DNA of 32,000 nt, from NCBI RefSeq assembly GCF_002075285.3, contig NZ_CP021983.2, positions 600,001 through 632,000 of the forward strand. The letters run 5' to 3'. Both the position numbers and the translations under genes were made by a program. The notes under the pieces were generated by a model. That model had not been told where the DNA came from, did not search any database, and worked only from the letters and a program-made list of their open reading frames with translations. Shown here in pieces: positions 16,459 to 25,075 of this stretch. This DNA is from Halomicronema hongdechloris C2206 (GTDB taxonomy: Bacteria > Cyanobacteriota > Cyanobacteriia > Phormidesmidales > Phormidesmidaceae). Every line of letters begins with the position of its first letter. The stretch's first letter is position 1.

Positions 16459-17235
16459 CTACTGTTCTTCCAGATCAGAATAGGTAGGTGCCTCTGGTGG
16501 AGATTCATAGTTCCACTCAATATCGGGCATGCGAGATGCTGCTTCCCGCAATGATAACTCCCAGTGTTTACGCATTCCCATTAAATAGGGATCACCTGCC
16601 TGTAGCAGCAGGCGATGACGGATCTCTAAGCTCCCTTGCTCATAAAGCACCATGGTAATTGGAGGACCCACTGACAAATTAGACCGCATTGTGGAATCGA
16701 TAGAGAGCAGTGCCGACTTAGCAGCTAACTCTAAAGGAGTGTCATATCTCATCGTGCGATCTAAGATAGGCTTACCATACTTTGTTTCGCCTATCTGCAG
16801 AAAAGGCGTTTCTGCGGTGGCCCTGATACAGTTACCCTGGCTATAAATGAGAAATAGGCCCGGCGACTCTTCACCGACCTGGCCGCCCAATAAAAAACTA
16901 CATTGGTAGTCAATATGATCTTTTTCTAGCCAGGGTCGGTCGGCATCCTGCATGGCACGAATCTGACTGCCAATATAGCGAGCCACTGAATACAGGGTAG
17001 GTAGCTTATGAAGATTAGGCGTGGCATCTACCTTGAGGTCTCGCTCCAAGGTATATACTACGGCTTGGGTTATAGACAAATTACCTGATGTACAGATTAT
17101 CAATGCCCTTTCTTGAGGCACGGAAAAATCAAATAATTTGGGATACGAGGAAATATAGTCTACTCCGGCATTAGTCCGCGAATCAGCAGCTAGCACCAAA
17201 CCCTGCCGCACAAGGATCCCCAAACAATAGGTCAT
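16459..17235 (-). CDS. Anbu-type peptidase (ancestral proteasome beta-subunit-like Ntn hydrolase).
   Basis: 258 aa beginning MTYCLGILVRQGLVLAADSRTNAGVDYISSYPKLF. Thr directly follows the initiator Met. Counting Thr as residue 1 places Asp17 and Lys32, consistent with the proteasome beta catalytic set and with no propeptide. It lies next to a transglutaminase-like gene, as in described Anbu loci. Confidence 0.75.
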   Translation of the reverse strand: MTYCLGILVRQGLVLAADSRTNAGVDYISSYPKLFDFSVPQERALIICTSGNLSITQAVVYTLERDLKVDATPNLHKLPTLYSVARYIGSQIRAMQDADRPWLEKDHIDYQCSFLLGGQVGEESPGLFLIYSQGNCIRATAETPFLQIGETKYGKPILDRTMRYDTPLELAAKSALLSIDSTMRSNLSVGPPITMVLYEQGSLEIRHRLLLQAGDPYLMGMRKHWELSLREAASRMPDIEWNYESPPEAPTYSDLEEQ

Positions 17236-17281
17236 ACGGCGAGATATCTAAGAGAAGGAACGAAGAACAAAGGCACCTACG

Positions 17282-17313
17282 AAAAAGGCGTTGGGCATTT
17301 GAACCCCAACGCC
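17282..17313 (-). terminator. Rho-independent terminator downstream of psbM.
   Basis: GGCGTTGGG (17287-17295) pairs perfectly with CCCAACGCC (17305-17313). AAAAA at 17282-17286 on the plus strand reads as a T-run after the stem on the minus strand. It lies 54 nt past the psbM stop. Confidence 0.75.
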
Positions 17314-17366
17314 AGTATACTTAGTTGGTTAAGTATCGGTTAAGTACCCGGATCCCCACACAACCA

Positions 17367-17477
17367 TCAAGAATTAGTTTGCTTGGTTGACGTTTGAATA
17401 TAGAGGATGAGAAGAAAAACCGCAGGCACCAGGACAAACAAAAGACTGGCTACAAAGCCAAGATCATTCACTTCCAT
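17367..17477 (-). CDS. psbM: Photosystem II reaction center protein M.
   Basis: Not in the ORF track (36 aa). Hand translation from the ATG at 17477 gives [36 protein letters not shown], then a stop. This closely resembles known cyanobacterial PsbM (MEVNQLG...LFVLVPSVFLIILYVQT). Confidence 0.9.
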   Translation of the reverse strand: MEVNDLGFVASLLFVLVPAVFLLILYIQTSTKQTNS

Positions 17478-17620
17478 GAGACTCCGCCTTTACCTTCAAA
17501 AGATCTACAAACTAGCCATCAATAGGATACCATCCCAATGGTCTATCTAGCGAATGAGATTCCAATTGCTGCGGCTAAGGTGAATATCTGTTAAGTGATC
17601 AGAGAGTTCGCTAGCTGCCC

Positions 17621-17977
17621 CTAGGTTGACTCCGTCGCAATGTCTTGCTGATCCTGACCCGACCTATCCGAGCTAGACTTATCTGGCTTAGTAAGAATAC
17701 TAACAGGGCCGTGAACCGTTGTCTGACAAGCTAATCGACAACTATCTGGCCACTTCTTCAGTTTGCGTTCCTCCACAGCCGTTTTAGGAGAAAGATTACT
17801 TGCTCCTTCAACAACATCAACAACGCAAGTTCCACATTGACCATAACCGCCGCAGTTCATCATCTTAGCGAGAAAGGTATAGATGTCGATACCATTCTCA
17901 AGAGCTTTGAGCCGCAGATTGGCACCATCGGCAGCAATAACCTCTTTGTTTTCTTTAAGAAACTTAATGTTAGCCAT
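17621..17977 (-). CDS. 2Fe-2S ferredoxin-like protein.
   Basis: 118 aa. The Cys pattern is [11 protein letters not shown]...CRLAC. A strong GAGGAGG Shine-Dalgarno sequence lies upstream of the ATG at 17977. It is divergent from psbB and upstream of psbM on the same strand. Confidence 0.8.
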   Translation of the reverse strand: MANIKFLKENKEVIAADGANLRLKALENGIDIYTFLAKMMNCGGYGQCGTCVVDVVEGASNLSPKTAVEERKLKKWPDSCRLACQTTVHGPVSILTKPDKSSSDRSGQDQQDIATEST

Positions 17978-18178
17978 TTCAATTGACCTCCTCGCCTAGG
18001 ATGACTGCGCAAATCCTTAAACGGCCTTGTAGTCAGCTTGAACACTGGTATAGCCGCGCATATGCCCTTTGACATATAGATCGAGAGTCCATGCCAACTC
18101 CTATTGCGTCGAGCATTCAGACTGTTTACACTACTTTATACACTTTCATCCTGACATTTTGACTGTCAAATCTTCATT

Positions 18179-18200
18179 AGAAGGGCCAAAGAAGGGCCAA
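18179..18200 (+). repeat. Perfect tandem 11-mer duplication in the ferredoxin/psbB divergent promoter region.
   Basis: AGAAGGGCCAA occurs at 18179-18189 and again at 18190-18200. Confidence 0.9.
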
Positions 18201-18335
18201 TTCGATCTTGACTTGCAGTACACCTATACTGCAACAACGCCTCTGGCAGACTAGGAAGGTTCCTAGTCTGATAGGCTTATCAGTATCTGGTCCATAGCAA
18301 ACAATTTGTTGAAACCTAGAGGAGGAGCGTAGTCG

Positions 18336-19868
18336 ATGGGACTACCCTGGTACCGTGTACACACAGTGGTCCTGAACGATCCAGGGCGACTGATTTCTGT
18401 GCACTTGATGCATACAGCTCTGGTTGCTGGTTGGGCCGGCTCAATGGCCCTCTTTGAGCTGGCTACGTACGATCCTAGTGATCCAGTGCTTAATCCTATG
18501 TGGCGGCAGGGAATGTTCGTGCTGCCATTTATGGCTCGATTGGGTGTAACTCAATCTTGGGGGGGCTGGAGTGTTACCGGGGAAACGGCAGTTGATCCGG
18601 GTTTCTGGTCCTTTGAGGGAGTAGCTGCAGCCCATATCGTGTTAGCAGGCCTACTGTTCTTAGCGGCTTGCTGGCATTGGGTCTATTGGGATTTGGATCT
18701 CTTCCAAGATCCGCGGACTGGCGAACCGGCTCTTGATTTACCGAAGATGTTCGGTATCCATTTATTCTTGTCTGGCCTACTGTGTTTTGGATTTGGGGCA
18801 TTCCACTTAACCGGTCTTTGGGGGCCGGGTATGTGGGTTTCTGATCCCTATGGGCTTACTGGTCATATTCAGCCTGTTGCGCCAGAATGGGGAGCCGCTG
18901 GGTTTAATCCATTTAACCCAGGAGGCATCGTCGCTCACCACATTGCAGCAGGAATCGTTGGCATCATTGCCGGACTCTTCCACTTGACGGTACGACCTCC
19001 ACAGCGGCTCTATAAGGCCCTGCGTATGGGAAATATCGAGACTGTCTTGTCTAGCAGTATTGCGGCTGTCTTCTTCGCAGCCTTTGTGGTTGCCGGCACC
19101 ATGTGGTACGGGAGCACAGCTACCCCAATTGAGTTGTTCGGTCCCACTCGCTATCAGTGGGATAGTGGCTATTTCCAGCAGGAAATTGAGCGTCGAGTTC
19201 AAGCTGAAGTGGCAGATGGGGCCTCTTTAGAAGAAGCCTATAATGCCATTCCAGAAAAGTTGGCCTTTTACGACTATGTGGGGAATAGTCCCTCTAAAGG
19301 TGGTCTATTCCGGGTTGGTCCCATGAATCAAGGCGATGGCCTGGCTCAAGCTTGGTTGGGACATCCCGTCTTTAAAGATGGCGAAGGTCGTATTTTGTCG
19401 GTGCGTCGTATTCCTAATTTCTTTGAAACCTTCCCAGTGGTCTTAACGGACCAAGACGGTGTTGTCCGAGCTGATATTCCCTTCCGCCGAGCTGAATCTC
19501 GTTATAGCTTTGAGCAAAAAGGAGTCACAGTTAGCTTCTACGGTGGTGAACTGGGAGGGCAAACCTTCACTGATCCGGCAGTCGTGAAGCGTTACGCTCG
19601 GAAAACTCAGCTGGGTGAGCCCTTTGAATTCGATCGTGAAACGCTCGGTTCTGATGGCGTCTTCCGGACCAGCCCGCGTGGATGGTTTACCTATGCTCAC
19701 GCGGTATTTGCATTGATCTTCTTCTTTGGCCACATCTGGCATGGTTCTCGGACCCTATTCCGAGATGTGTTTGCCGGAATTGACCCTGACTTATCTCCTG
19801 AACAGGTAGAATGGGGCTTCTTTGCCAAGGTTGGAGATGTCTCAACCCGTAAGGAAGAGACTGTGTAA
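18336..19868 (+). CDS. psbB: Photosystem II CP47 chlorophyll apoprotein.
   Basis: 510 aa beginning [43 protein letters not shown], the canonical CP47 N-terminus. GGAGGAG lies upstream of the ATG. Confidence 0.98.
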   Translation: MGLPWYRVHTVVLNDPGRLISVHLMHTALVAGWAGSMALFELATYDPSDPVLNPMWRQGMFVLPFMARLGVTQSWGGWSVTGETAVDPGFWSFEGVAAAHIVLAGLLFLAACWHWVYWDLDLFQDPRTGEPALDLPKMFGIHLFLSGLLCFGFGAFHLTGLWGPGMWVSDPYGLTGHIQPVAPEWGAAGFNPFNPGGIVAHHIAAGIVGIIAGLFHLTVRPPQRLYKALRMGNIETVLSSSIAAVFFAAFVVAGTMWYGSTATPIELFGPTRYQWDSGYFQQEIERRVQAEVADGASLEEAYNAIPEKLAFYDYVGNSPSKGGLFRVGPMNQGDGLAQAWLGHPVFKDGEGRILSVRRIPNFFETFPVVLTDQDGVVRADIPFRRAESRYSFEQKGVTVSFYGGELGGQTFTDPAVVKRYARKTQLGEPFEFDRETLGSDGVFRTSPRGWFTYAHAVFALIFFFGHIWHGSRTLFRDVFAGIDPDLSPEQVEWGFFAKVGDVSTRKEETV

Positions 19869-19882
19869 GTGATTCACTGGAT

Positions 19883-19915
19883 ATTGCCTAGCGTTGTGTC
19901 ACGATGCTAGGCAAT
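19883..19915 (+). other. Perfect 10-bp stem-loop in the psbB-psbT spacer, likely an mRNA processing or stability element.
   Basis: ATTGCCTAGC (19883-19892) pairs with GCTAGGCAAT (19906-19915) across a 13-nt loop. It starts 15 nt after the psbB stop. It is followed by TCCCCTGC, so it is not a canonical terminator. Confidence 0.6.
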
Positions 19916-19976
19916 TCCCCTGCTATAGCTTGTACACTGAGAGAGTAGGTTGAATACATAGGAACCTTTACTAACC

Positions 19977-20075
19977 ATGGAAAGCATCGCGTATATTTTC
20001 CTTATTGCCTGCATCCTTGGCACGCTGTTTTTTGCAGTTGCATTTCGCGAGCCTCCTCGCATCTCTAAGGACTAG
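19977..20075 (+). CDS. psbT: Photosystem II reaction center protein T.
   Basis: Not in the ORF track (32 aa). Hand translation gives [32 protein letters not shown], then a stop. It matches the PsbT pattern (...FFFAIFFREPPRI...) and sits in the conserved position after psbB. Confidence 0.9.
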   Translation: MESIAYIFLIACILGTLFFAVAFREPPRISKD

Positions 20076-20143
20076 TCGTGATGGCTCTCAGTAAGTAGGG
20101 CTGAGGCTTCACGTTACTTGCTGTGTTACAAACGGTTTACTAT

Positions 20144-20189
20144 AGAGGTAGGTAGTCCTTGATTTAATAGGGCCTTACCTCTATTTTTA
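20144..20189 (+). terminator. Probable Rho-independent terminator of the psbB-psbT unit.
   Basis: AGAGGTAGG (20144-20152) pairs with CCTTACCTCT (20173-20182) with one bulge. It is followed by ATTTTTAT. Confidence 0.6.
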
Positions 20190-20286
20190 TGGGATACCTC
20201 CTTGGGAAGTATCCCTAGCCTCTCAGCTAAGATGAGAGCTCTCACAGCTTTTGTAACGACGTCTCCTGATGGGGACACTAGCATTA

Positions 20287-20799
20287 ATGCAATGTCCATT
20301 CTGCCAACACCCTAATAATCGTGTTCTAGAGTCGAGGTCTGCCGAGGCTGGACGCAGTATTCGACGGCGTCGAGAGTGTTTGAGTTGCAGTCGACGCTTC
20401 ACGACCTATGAGCGTATCGAGTATATTCCTATCACAGTGATTAAGCGCAGCGGTGAACGGGAGCTCTTTGATCGCTCTAAGCTACTACGCGGTATTATTC
20501 GTGCCTGTGAGAAAACAGGGGTGTCTTCTCAAGTAACCACTGAGTTAGTGGATGATATTGAGGCGGAGTTGCAACAGCAGGCAGTTCGAGAAGTTGAGAG
20601 TTCCGAAATCGGTGAACTTGTTTTAGATCGATTGCGTACTATTAGTGAAGTAGCCTACGTACGTTTTGCCTCAGTTTACCGACAATTTCAGGGGATTCGA
20701 GATTTTGTTGAAACTCTAAGCCATCTCCAGGAGCAATCTGGTCTTGACCAGCATCACGAGCACTTCGATTTCTCCAAGCTTCCCATCAACGTCCCCTAA
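20287..20799 (+). CDS. nrdR: Transcriptional repressor NrdR.
   Basis: [18 protein letters not shown]...[20 protein letters not shown] is the zinc ribbon, followed by an ATP-cone ([18 protein letters not shown]...[12 protein letters not shown]). The ATG at 20287 fits the family N-terminus. The track start at 20269 adds 6 residues. Confidence 0.92.
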   Translation: MQCPFCQHPNNRVLESRSAEAGRSIRRRRECLSCSRRFTTYERIEYIPITVIKRSGERELFDRSKLLRGIIRACEKTGVSSQVTTELVDDIEAELQQQAVREVESSEIGELVLDRLRTISEVAYVRFASVYRQFQGIRDFVETLSHLQEQSGLDQHHEHFDFSKLPINVP

Positions 20800-20844
20800 A
20801 GACAGGGATTGATGGAGTGGTTGTCAAAACATTTAGATAGACGG

Positions 20845-20875
20845 TTGCATCATCTCCGCCAGCCTCGAGTATAAT
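20845..20875 (+). promoter_or_regulatory. Candidate sigma70-type promoter for rpsA.
   Basis: TTGCAT (20845-20850) and a perfect TATAAT (20870-20875) are present. The 19-nt spacer is longer than optimal. This promoter would give a leader of about 140 nt. Confidence 0.35.
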
Positions 20876-21019
20876 TAGAGTTCTTGTGGCTATATTTACA
20901 GGCTGCCCCATCCGCGTGCCGTCAGGCCTGCTGTGGAGGGATTTGCAGCGACTCTTATACTCAGCTTAAGTCACAAAGACCCCATTACCTTTACGGAGAC
21001 GGAGTAGGAAAACACTAGC

Positions 21020-21985
21020 ATGGTCAATCAGGACGGAAAAGAAATCGCTGGCATTGGGTTCACTCACGACGACTTTGCGGCACTACTGGACAAATACGAC
21101 TATCACTTCAGTCCAGGAGATATTGTGCCCGGTACGGTTTTCAGTCTTGAGCCCAGAGGTGCGCTGATTGACATTGGTGCTAAGACAGCAGCTTATATTC
21201 CTATTCAGGAAATGTCTATCAACCGAGTTGATGATCCTGAAGAGGTGCTGCGCTCTAACGAGACCCGGGAATTTTTCATTCTGACGGACGAGAATGAGGA
21301 CGGTCAGCTCACCTTATCCATCCGTCGTATTGAGTACATGCGAGCTTGGGAGCGAGTCAGACAACTACAGCAAGAAGATGCCACTGTGCGCTCTGGAGTA
21401 TTTGCTACGAACCGTGGTGGAGCGTTAGTGCGGATAGAGGGGCTACGTGGGTTCATTCCTGGATCTCATATCAGCACTCGTAAGCCCAAAGAAGATTTAG
21501 TTGGTGAAGACTTACCACTTAAATTCTTAGAAGTTGATGAAGAACGTAATCGTCTTGTCCTCAGTCACCGCCGAGCCTTAGTCGAACGCAAGATGAACGG
21601 CCTAGAGGTCGGTGAAGTAGTTATTGGTACTGTACGGGGCCTCAAGCCATATGGGGCCTTTATCGATATTGGTGGTGTTAGTGGTCTACTTCACATTTCT
21701 GAAATTTCCCATGACCACATTGATACTCCCCACAGTGTTTTCAATGTGAATGACGAAATTAAGGTCATGATCATTGACTTAGATGCTGAGCGAGGCCGTA
21801 TTTCCCTATCTACTAAACAATTAGAGCCGGAGCCGGGAGATATGGTTCGAAACCCTGACCTGGTCTTCGAAAAAGCCGAAGAAATGGCTGCTAAGTATCG
21901 TGAGCAGATGATGCAACAGGCGGCTGAGTCTACGGAGACCACTGATAGTCTCAACGGCGAAGAGGCTGTCTTAGCAGTAGAATAG
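21020..21985 (+). CDS. rpsA: 30S ribosomal protein S1 (short cyanobacterial form with three S1 domains).
   Basis: 321 aa with repeated S1-domain signatures: GDIVPGTVFSLEPRGALIDIGAKTAAYIP, VRSGVFATNRGGALVRIEGLRGFIPGSHIS and GEVVIGTVRGLKPYGAFIDIGGVSGLLHISEIS. Confidence 0.92.
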   Translation: MVNQDGKEIAGIGFTHDDFAALLDKYDYHFSPGDIVPGTVFSLEPRGALIDIGAKTAAYIPIQEMSINRVDDPEEVLRSNETREFFILTDENEDGQLTLSIRRIEYMRAWERVRQLQQEDATVRSGVFATNRGGALVRIEGLRGFIPGSHISTRKPKEDLVGEDLPLKFLEVDEERNRLVLSHRRALVERKMNGLEVGEVVIGTVRGLKPYGAFIDIGGVSGLLHISEISHDHIDTPHSVFNVNDEIKVMIIDLDAERGRISLSTKQLEPEPGDMVRNPDLVFEKAEEMAAKYREQMMQQAAESTETTDSLNGEEAVLAVE

Positions 21986-22108
21986 CGCTTTCCTGTAAGT
22001 TTTAACTAGTAGAGTAGTCTAAGTTAGAGACATTTGCTTGGGGTAGTTATCTGGATGAAGTGATAGAGACGATGCTGAAATGGTGCTGGGATACCACGCT
22101 ATATCTTC

Positions 22109-22846
22109 ATGGTGACTTTGCAGTGCGGTAATACTCGATTTGAGGGGATTGAAGCTATCCTCTTTGATAAAGATGGTACCTTGGCTGATTCTCAGCACTA
22201 TCTGAGGCATTTGGCCCAAAAGCGAGCCCGTCTCATTGATGCTCAGGTTCCAGGTGTTTATGAACCTTTGCTGATGGCCTTCGGAATTGATGGTTATCAG
22301 TGTAACAATGCGGGGTTGATGGCTGTTGGCAGTCGCCAAGAGAACGAGATTGCAGCAGCTGCCTATGTAGCCGAAACAGGGTATAAGTGGCTAGATGCCT
22401 TAGACTTAGTACAGCAAGCCTTCCAGGAGGCGGATAGGTATTTGCTCCATAAAAAGGCTGAGCAAACTCCTCTTTTCCCTGGCACTGAGACTACGTTGTC
22501 GACGCTAGCGTCTTCCTTATCTCTTGGAATCCTCTCCGCCGATAGCACTGAGAACGTTCGAGATTTCGTTGAGTTTTATGAGCTACCCATTCTCCACTAT
22601 CAAGGGAGCGAACCCAATGGTCTCAGGAAACCTAATCCTGATATGGTTCATCAAGCCTGCCAAGCCCTTGCAACAACCGCTTCCCATACTCTGGTGATCG
22701 GTGACTCTTCGGTAGACTCACGAATGGCGCGACAGAGTTTAGCGGCTGGTTTTGTTGCTGTCGTTTGGAGACAGTCTGGATGGGAGCAGCCGGAGGCTGA
22801 TGCTCATCTTGATGATTGGCAACAGTTGCAAATCGTCTCAGATTAA
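22109..22846 (+). CDS. HAD-superfamily hydrolase (phosphatase, phosphoglycolate phosphatase-like).
   Basis: Motif I is ILFDKDGTLADS, motif II is GILSAD, and motifs III/IV are RKPNPD...VIGDSSVDSRMA. Confidence 0.8.
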   Translation: MVTLQCGNTRFEGIEAILFDKDGTLADSQHYLRHLAQKRARLIDAQVPGVYEPLLMAFGIDGYQCNNAGLMAVGSRQENEIAAAAYVAETGYKWLDALDLVQQAFQEADRYLLHKKAEQTPLFPGTETTLSTLASSLSLGILSADSTENVRDFVEFYELPILHYQGSEPNGLRKPNPDMVHQACQALATTASHTLVIGDSSVDSRMARQSLAAGFVAVVWRQSGWEQPEADAHLDDWQQLQIVSD

Positions 22847-23135
22847 TTCTGGAATAAGTTCTTACATACGATTTGCAAGTTTTTACGAATTTAGGTGAGT
22901 AGACCGTAATACGCACTTGAGTTTACTAAGTTTTGCGGTAGTCTGATGGGTAACTAAATCTTATTTGTCCTGTACTTTGTTCGAGTCTAGAGTTAGGGCT
23001 GGACTAGACGGGAAACATCAGATCTTAGGTTGGGTTTAGGATAAAACTGCTATAGCATCTACTCAGCAAGCATTTCTGTGCCTCGCTAGGGGAAGCACCC
23101 AGGTTCTGTCAGTTTGTTTGTGAGAGGATTTACCA

Positions 23136-24398
23136 TTGACTCGTCGTTATCTATTCACCTCCGAATCAGTTACTGAGGGACATCCCGATAAAATTTGCGA
23201 TCAGATTTCGGATACTATTCTAGATGCTCTGTTATACCAGGATCCTTGCAGCCGCGTTGCGGTTGAGGTCGTTGTAAACACTGGTTTGGTATTAATTACT
23301 GGGGAAATTTCAACTAATGCTCAGGTCAACTATGTCACTTTGGCCCGGCAAAAGATTGCTGAAATCGGCTATACAGATCCAACCAATAATGGCTTTTCAG
23401 CAGATAGCTGTGCTGTCATGGTGGCTTTAGATGAACAATCTCAAGATATTGCCCAGGGGGTTGATCAGGCCCAAGAAATGCGTGAGCAAACCAGCGATGA
23501 GGTGTTAGATACCATTGGTGCCGGTGATCAGGGCATTATGTTTGGGTTTGCCTGCAATGAAACTCCTGAACTGATGCCACTACCCATCAGTTTGGCCCAT
23601 CGGATTTCGCGTAAATTGGCAACGGTGCGCAAGGCTGGTTTACTGCGATACCTGCGACCAGATGGGAAAACCCAGGTTACTGTCGCCTATGAAGATGGGC
23701 AACCAGTAGGTATAGATACCATCTTGGTATCGACCCAACACACAGCTACTATCGGTGATACTACTGATGATGCTGGCATTCAGGAGAAAATCAAGGCGGG
23801 TCTTTGGGAACAAGTGGTTTTGCCAGTATTTGAGGATCTGGCAGTGAAGCCTGATAGCGCGACCCGGTTCTTGGTTAATCCTACAGGTAAGTTTGTCATT
23901 GGCGGCCCTCAGGGCGATTCTGGTCTGACTGGCCGCAAAATCATCGTTGATACTTACGGCGGCTATTCTCGCCATGGTGGTGGTGCCTTTTCAGGTAAAG
24001 ATCCCACCAAGGTCGATCGCAGTGCTGCCTATGCCTGCCGTTACGTAGCTAAGAACATCGTTGCAGCTGGTTTGGCGACAAAGTGTGAGGTTCAACTTAG
24101 CTATGCTATCGGTGTTGCCCGGCCAGTCAGTATTCTAGTTGATACATTTGGTACCGGTACTGTTAGTGAAGAGGTGCTATTGCAGTTGATTCGCCAACAC
24201 TTTGAACTGCGTCCGGCTGGCATTATCCAGGCGTTTGGTTTACAAGCGATCGTGGCGGAGAGAGCTGGACGCTTTTATCAAGATGTAGCTGTCTATGGCC
24301 ATTTTGGCCGTCCTGATCTTGATTTGCCCTGGGAAAAAACGGATAAGGCGACTACCCTAGTGTCGTCTGTTAAGCAGTTGTTGGCTGGGGTTAGCTAG
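23136..24398 (+). CDS. metK: S-adenosylmethionine synthetase.
   Basis: The translation from TTG at 23136 begins [26 protein letters not shown], which is the canonical MetK N-terminus, so the TTG start is well supported. [12 protein letters not shown] and DTYGG blocks are present. Confidence 0.97.
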   Translation: MTRRYLFTSESVTEGHPDKICDQISDTILDALLYQDPCSRVAVEVVVNTGLVLITGEISTNAQVNYVTLARQKIAEIGYTDPTNNGFSADSCAVMVALDEQSQDIAQGVDQAQEMREQTSDEVLDTIGAGDQGIMFGFACNETPELMPLPISLAHRISRKLATVRKAGLLRYLRPDGKTQVTVAYEDGQPVGIDTILVSTQHTATIGDTTDDAGIQEKIKAGLWEQVVLPVFEDLAVKPDSATRFLVNPTGKFVIGGPQGDSGLTGRKIIVDTYGGYSRHGGGAFSGKDPTKVDRSAAYACRYVAKNIVAAGLATKCEVQLSYAIGVARPVSILVDTFGTGTVSEEVLLQLIRQHFELRPAGIIQAFGLQAIVAERAGRFYQDVAVYGHFGRPDLDLPWEKTDKATTLVSSVKQLLAGVS

Positions 24399-24436
24399 GG
24401 TTAAGCTGATTAACAGTACCTACTGAAGGAAAAAGA

Positions 24437-25075
24437 GTGTCGCCTCTGGGGATTGCCCTTAAAGAATGGGCTGTTGTTGTAGACGCCCTGACGCAGGGGG
24501 AATTAATACTGCTGCTGCGGAAGGGCGGAATCCATGATTATAAAGGACGGTTTAGGGCTAAACATGGGCAAGCCTGGCTCTTACCTACCTACGCTCATCA
24601 ACTAGCGTCGGCCCTTAAGCCGCCCTATTGTGATGGTCAAAGACCGGCCCTGAAGGGCCATCGCATCTCGCCAACGCCACCTTTAGAGACCATTTATCTA
24701 AAGAGCTGGGCTAGTATCACCCATGTTTTTCCCATCCACCAATCAGCCTCAATCCATGCCCTAGCTCCTTACCACATTTGGAGCGATGAATTCATTCAGC
24801 AGCGGCTGTCTTGGAAGCCACATCGTCCCCTGATGGTCCTACTCCTACGGGTATATCGCCTATCCGAACCAGTCGAGCTAGCTATGCAGCCCAGCTACAG
24901 TGGTTGCCGTTCCTGGATTACCCTAGAGCACCCGATACCGTTAGTCCCGAGCTCCCCCGCCCTAGATGACACTGCCTATCAGCACCAGGTCAATGCCATC
25001 ACTGCTGTCCTTCAGGAGACCTCCTCTGATGACTCAGGTGCAGACTCTCCTGCCATTCACAGCGGTCATGACTGA
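24437..25075 (+). CDS. Conserved hypothetical protein (resembles the DUF1802 family).
   Basis: 212 aa with a GTG start. The N-terminus ALKEWAVVVDALTQGELILLLRKGGIHD matches my memory of the DUF1802 N-terminal block. The last 10 nt overlap the convergent acyltransferase gene. Confidence 0.6.
   Translation: MSPLGIALKEWAVVVDALTQGELILLLRKGGIHDYKGRFRAKHGQAWLLPTYAHQLASALKPPYCDGQRPALKGHRISPTPPLETIYLKSWASITHVFPIHQSASIHALAPYHIWSDEFIQQRLSWKPHRPLMVLLLRVYRLSEPVELAMQPSYSGCRSWITLEHPIPLVPSSPALDDTAYQHQVNAITAVLQETSSDDSGADSPAIHSGHD

Noticed and set aside
18441-19742. Several antisense ORFs inside psbB: 18441-18635, 18574-18801, 18807-19202 and 19443-19742.
   Set aside because: psbB is unambiguous, and the antisense ORFs have no motifs. 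They are chance open frames.
21844-21852. GGTTCGAAA, a tRNA T-loop-like string.
   Set aside because: It lies inside the rpsA coding sequence, and no acceptor, D or anticodon arms can be drawn around it. I found no tRNA anywhere in the window.
22019-22339. 106-aa minus-strand ORF overlapping the start of the HAD hydrolase gene.
   Set aside because: It overlaps a CDS with clear HAD motifs and has no motifs of its own. It is an AT-rich chance ORF.
22632-22916. 94-aa minus-strand ORF across the HAD gene 3-prime end and the metK upstream region.
   Set aside because: It mostly overlaps the HAD CDS, and its basic, low-complexity sequence has no recognisable family. I also looked in 22847-23135 for a SAM riboswitch upstream of metK and could not recognise any known SAM aptamer class.
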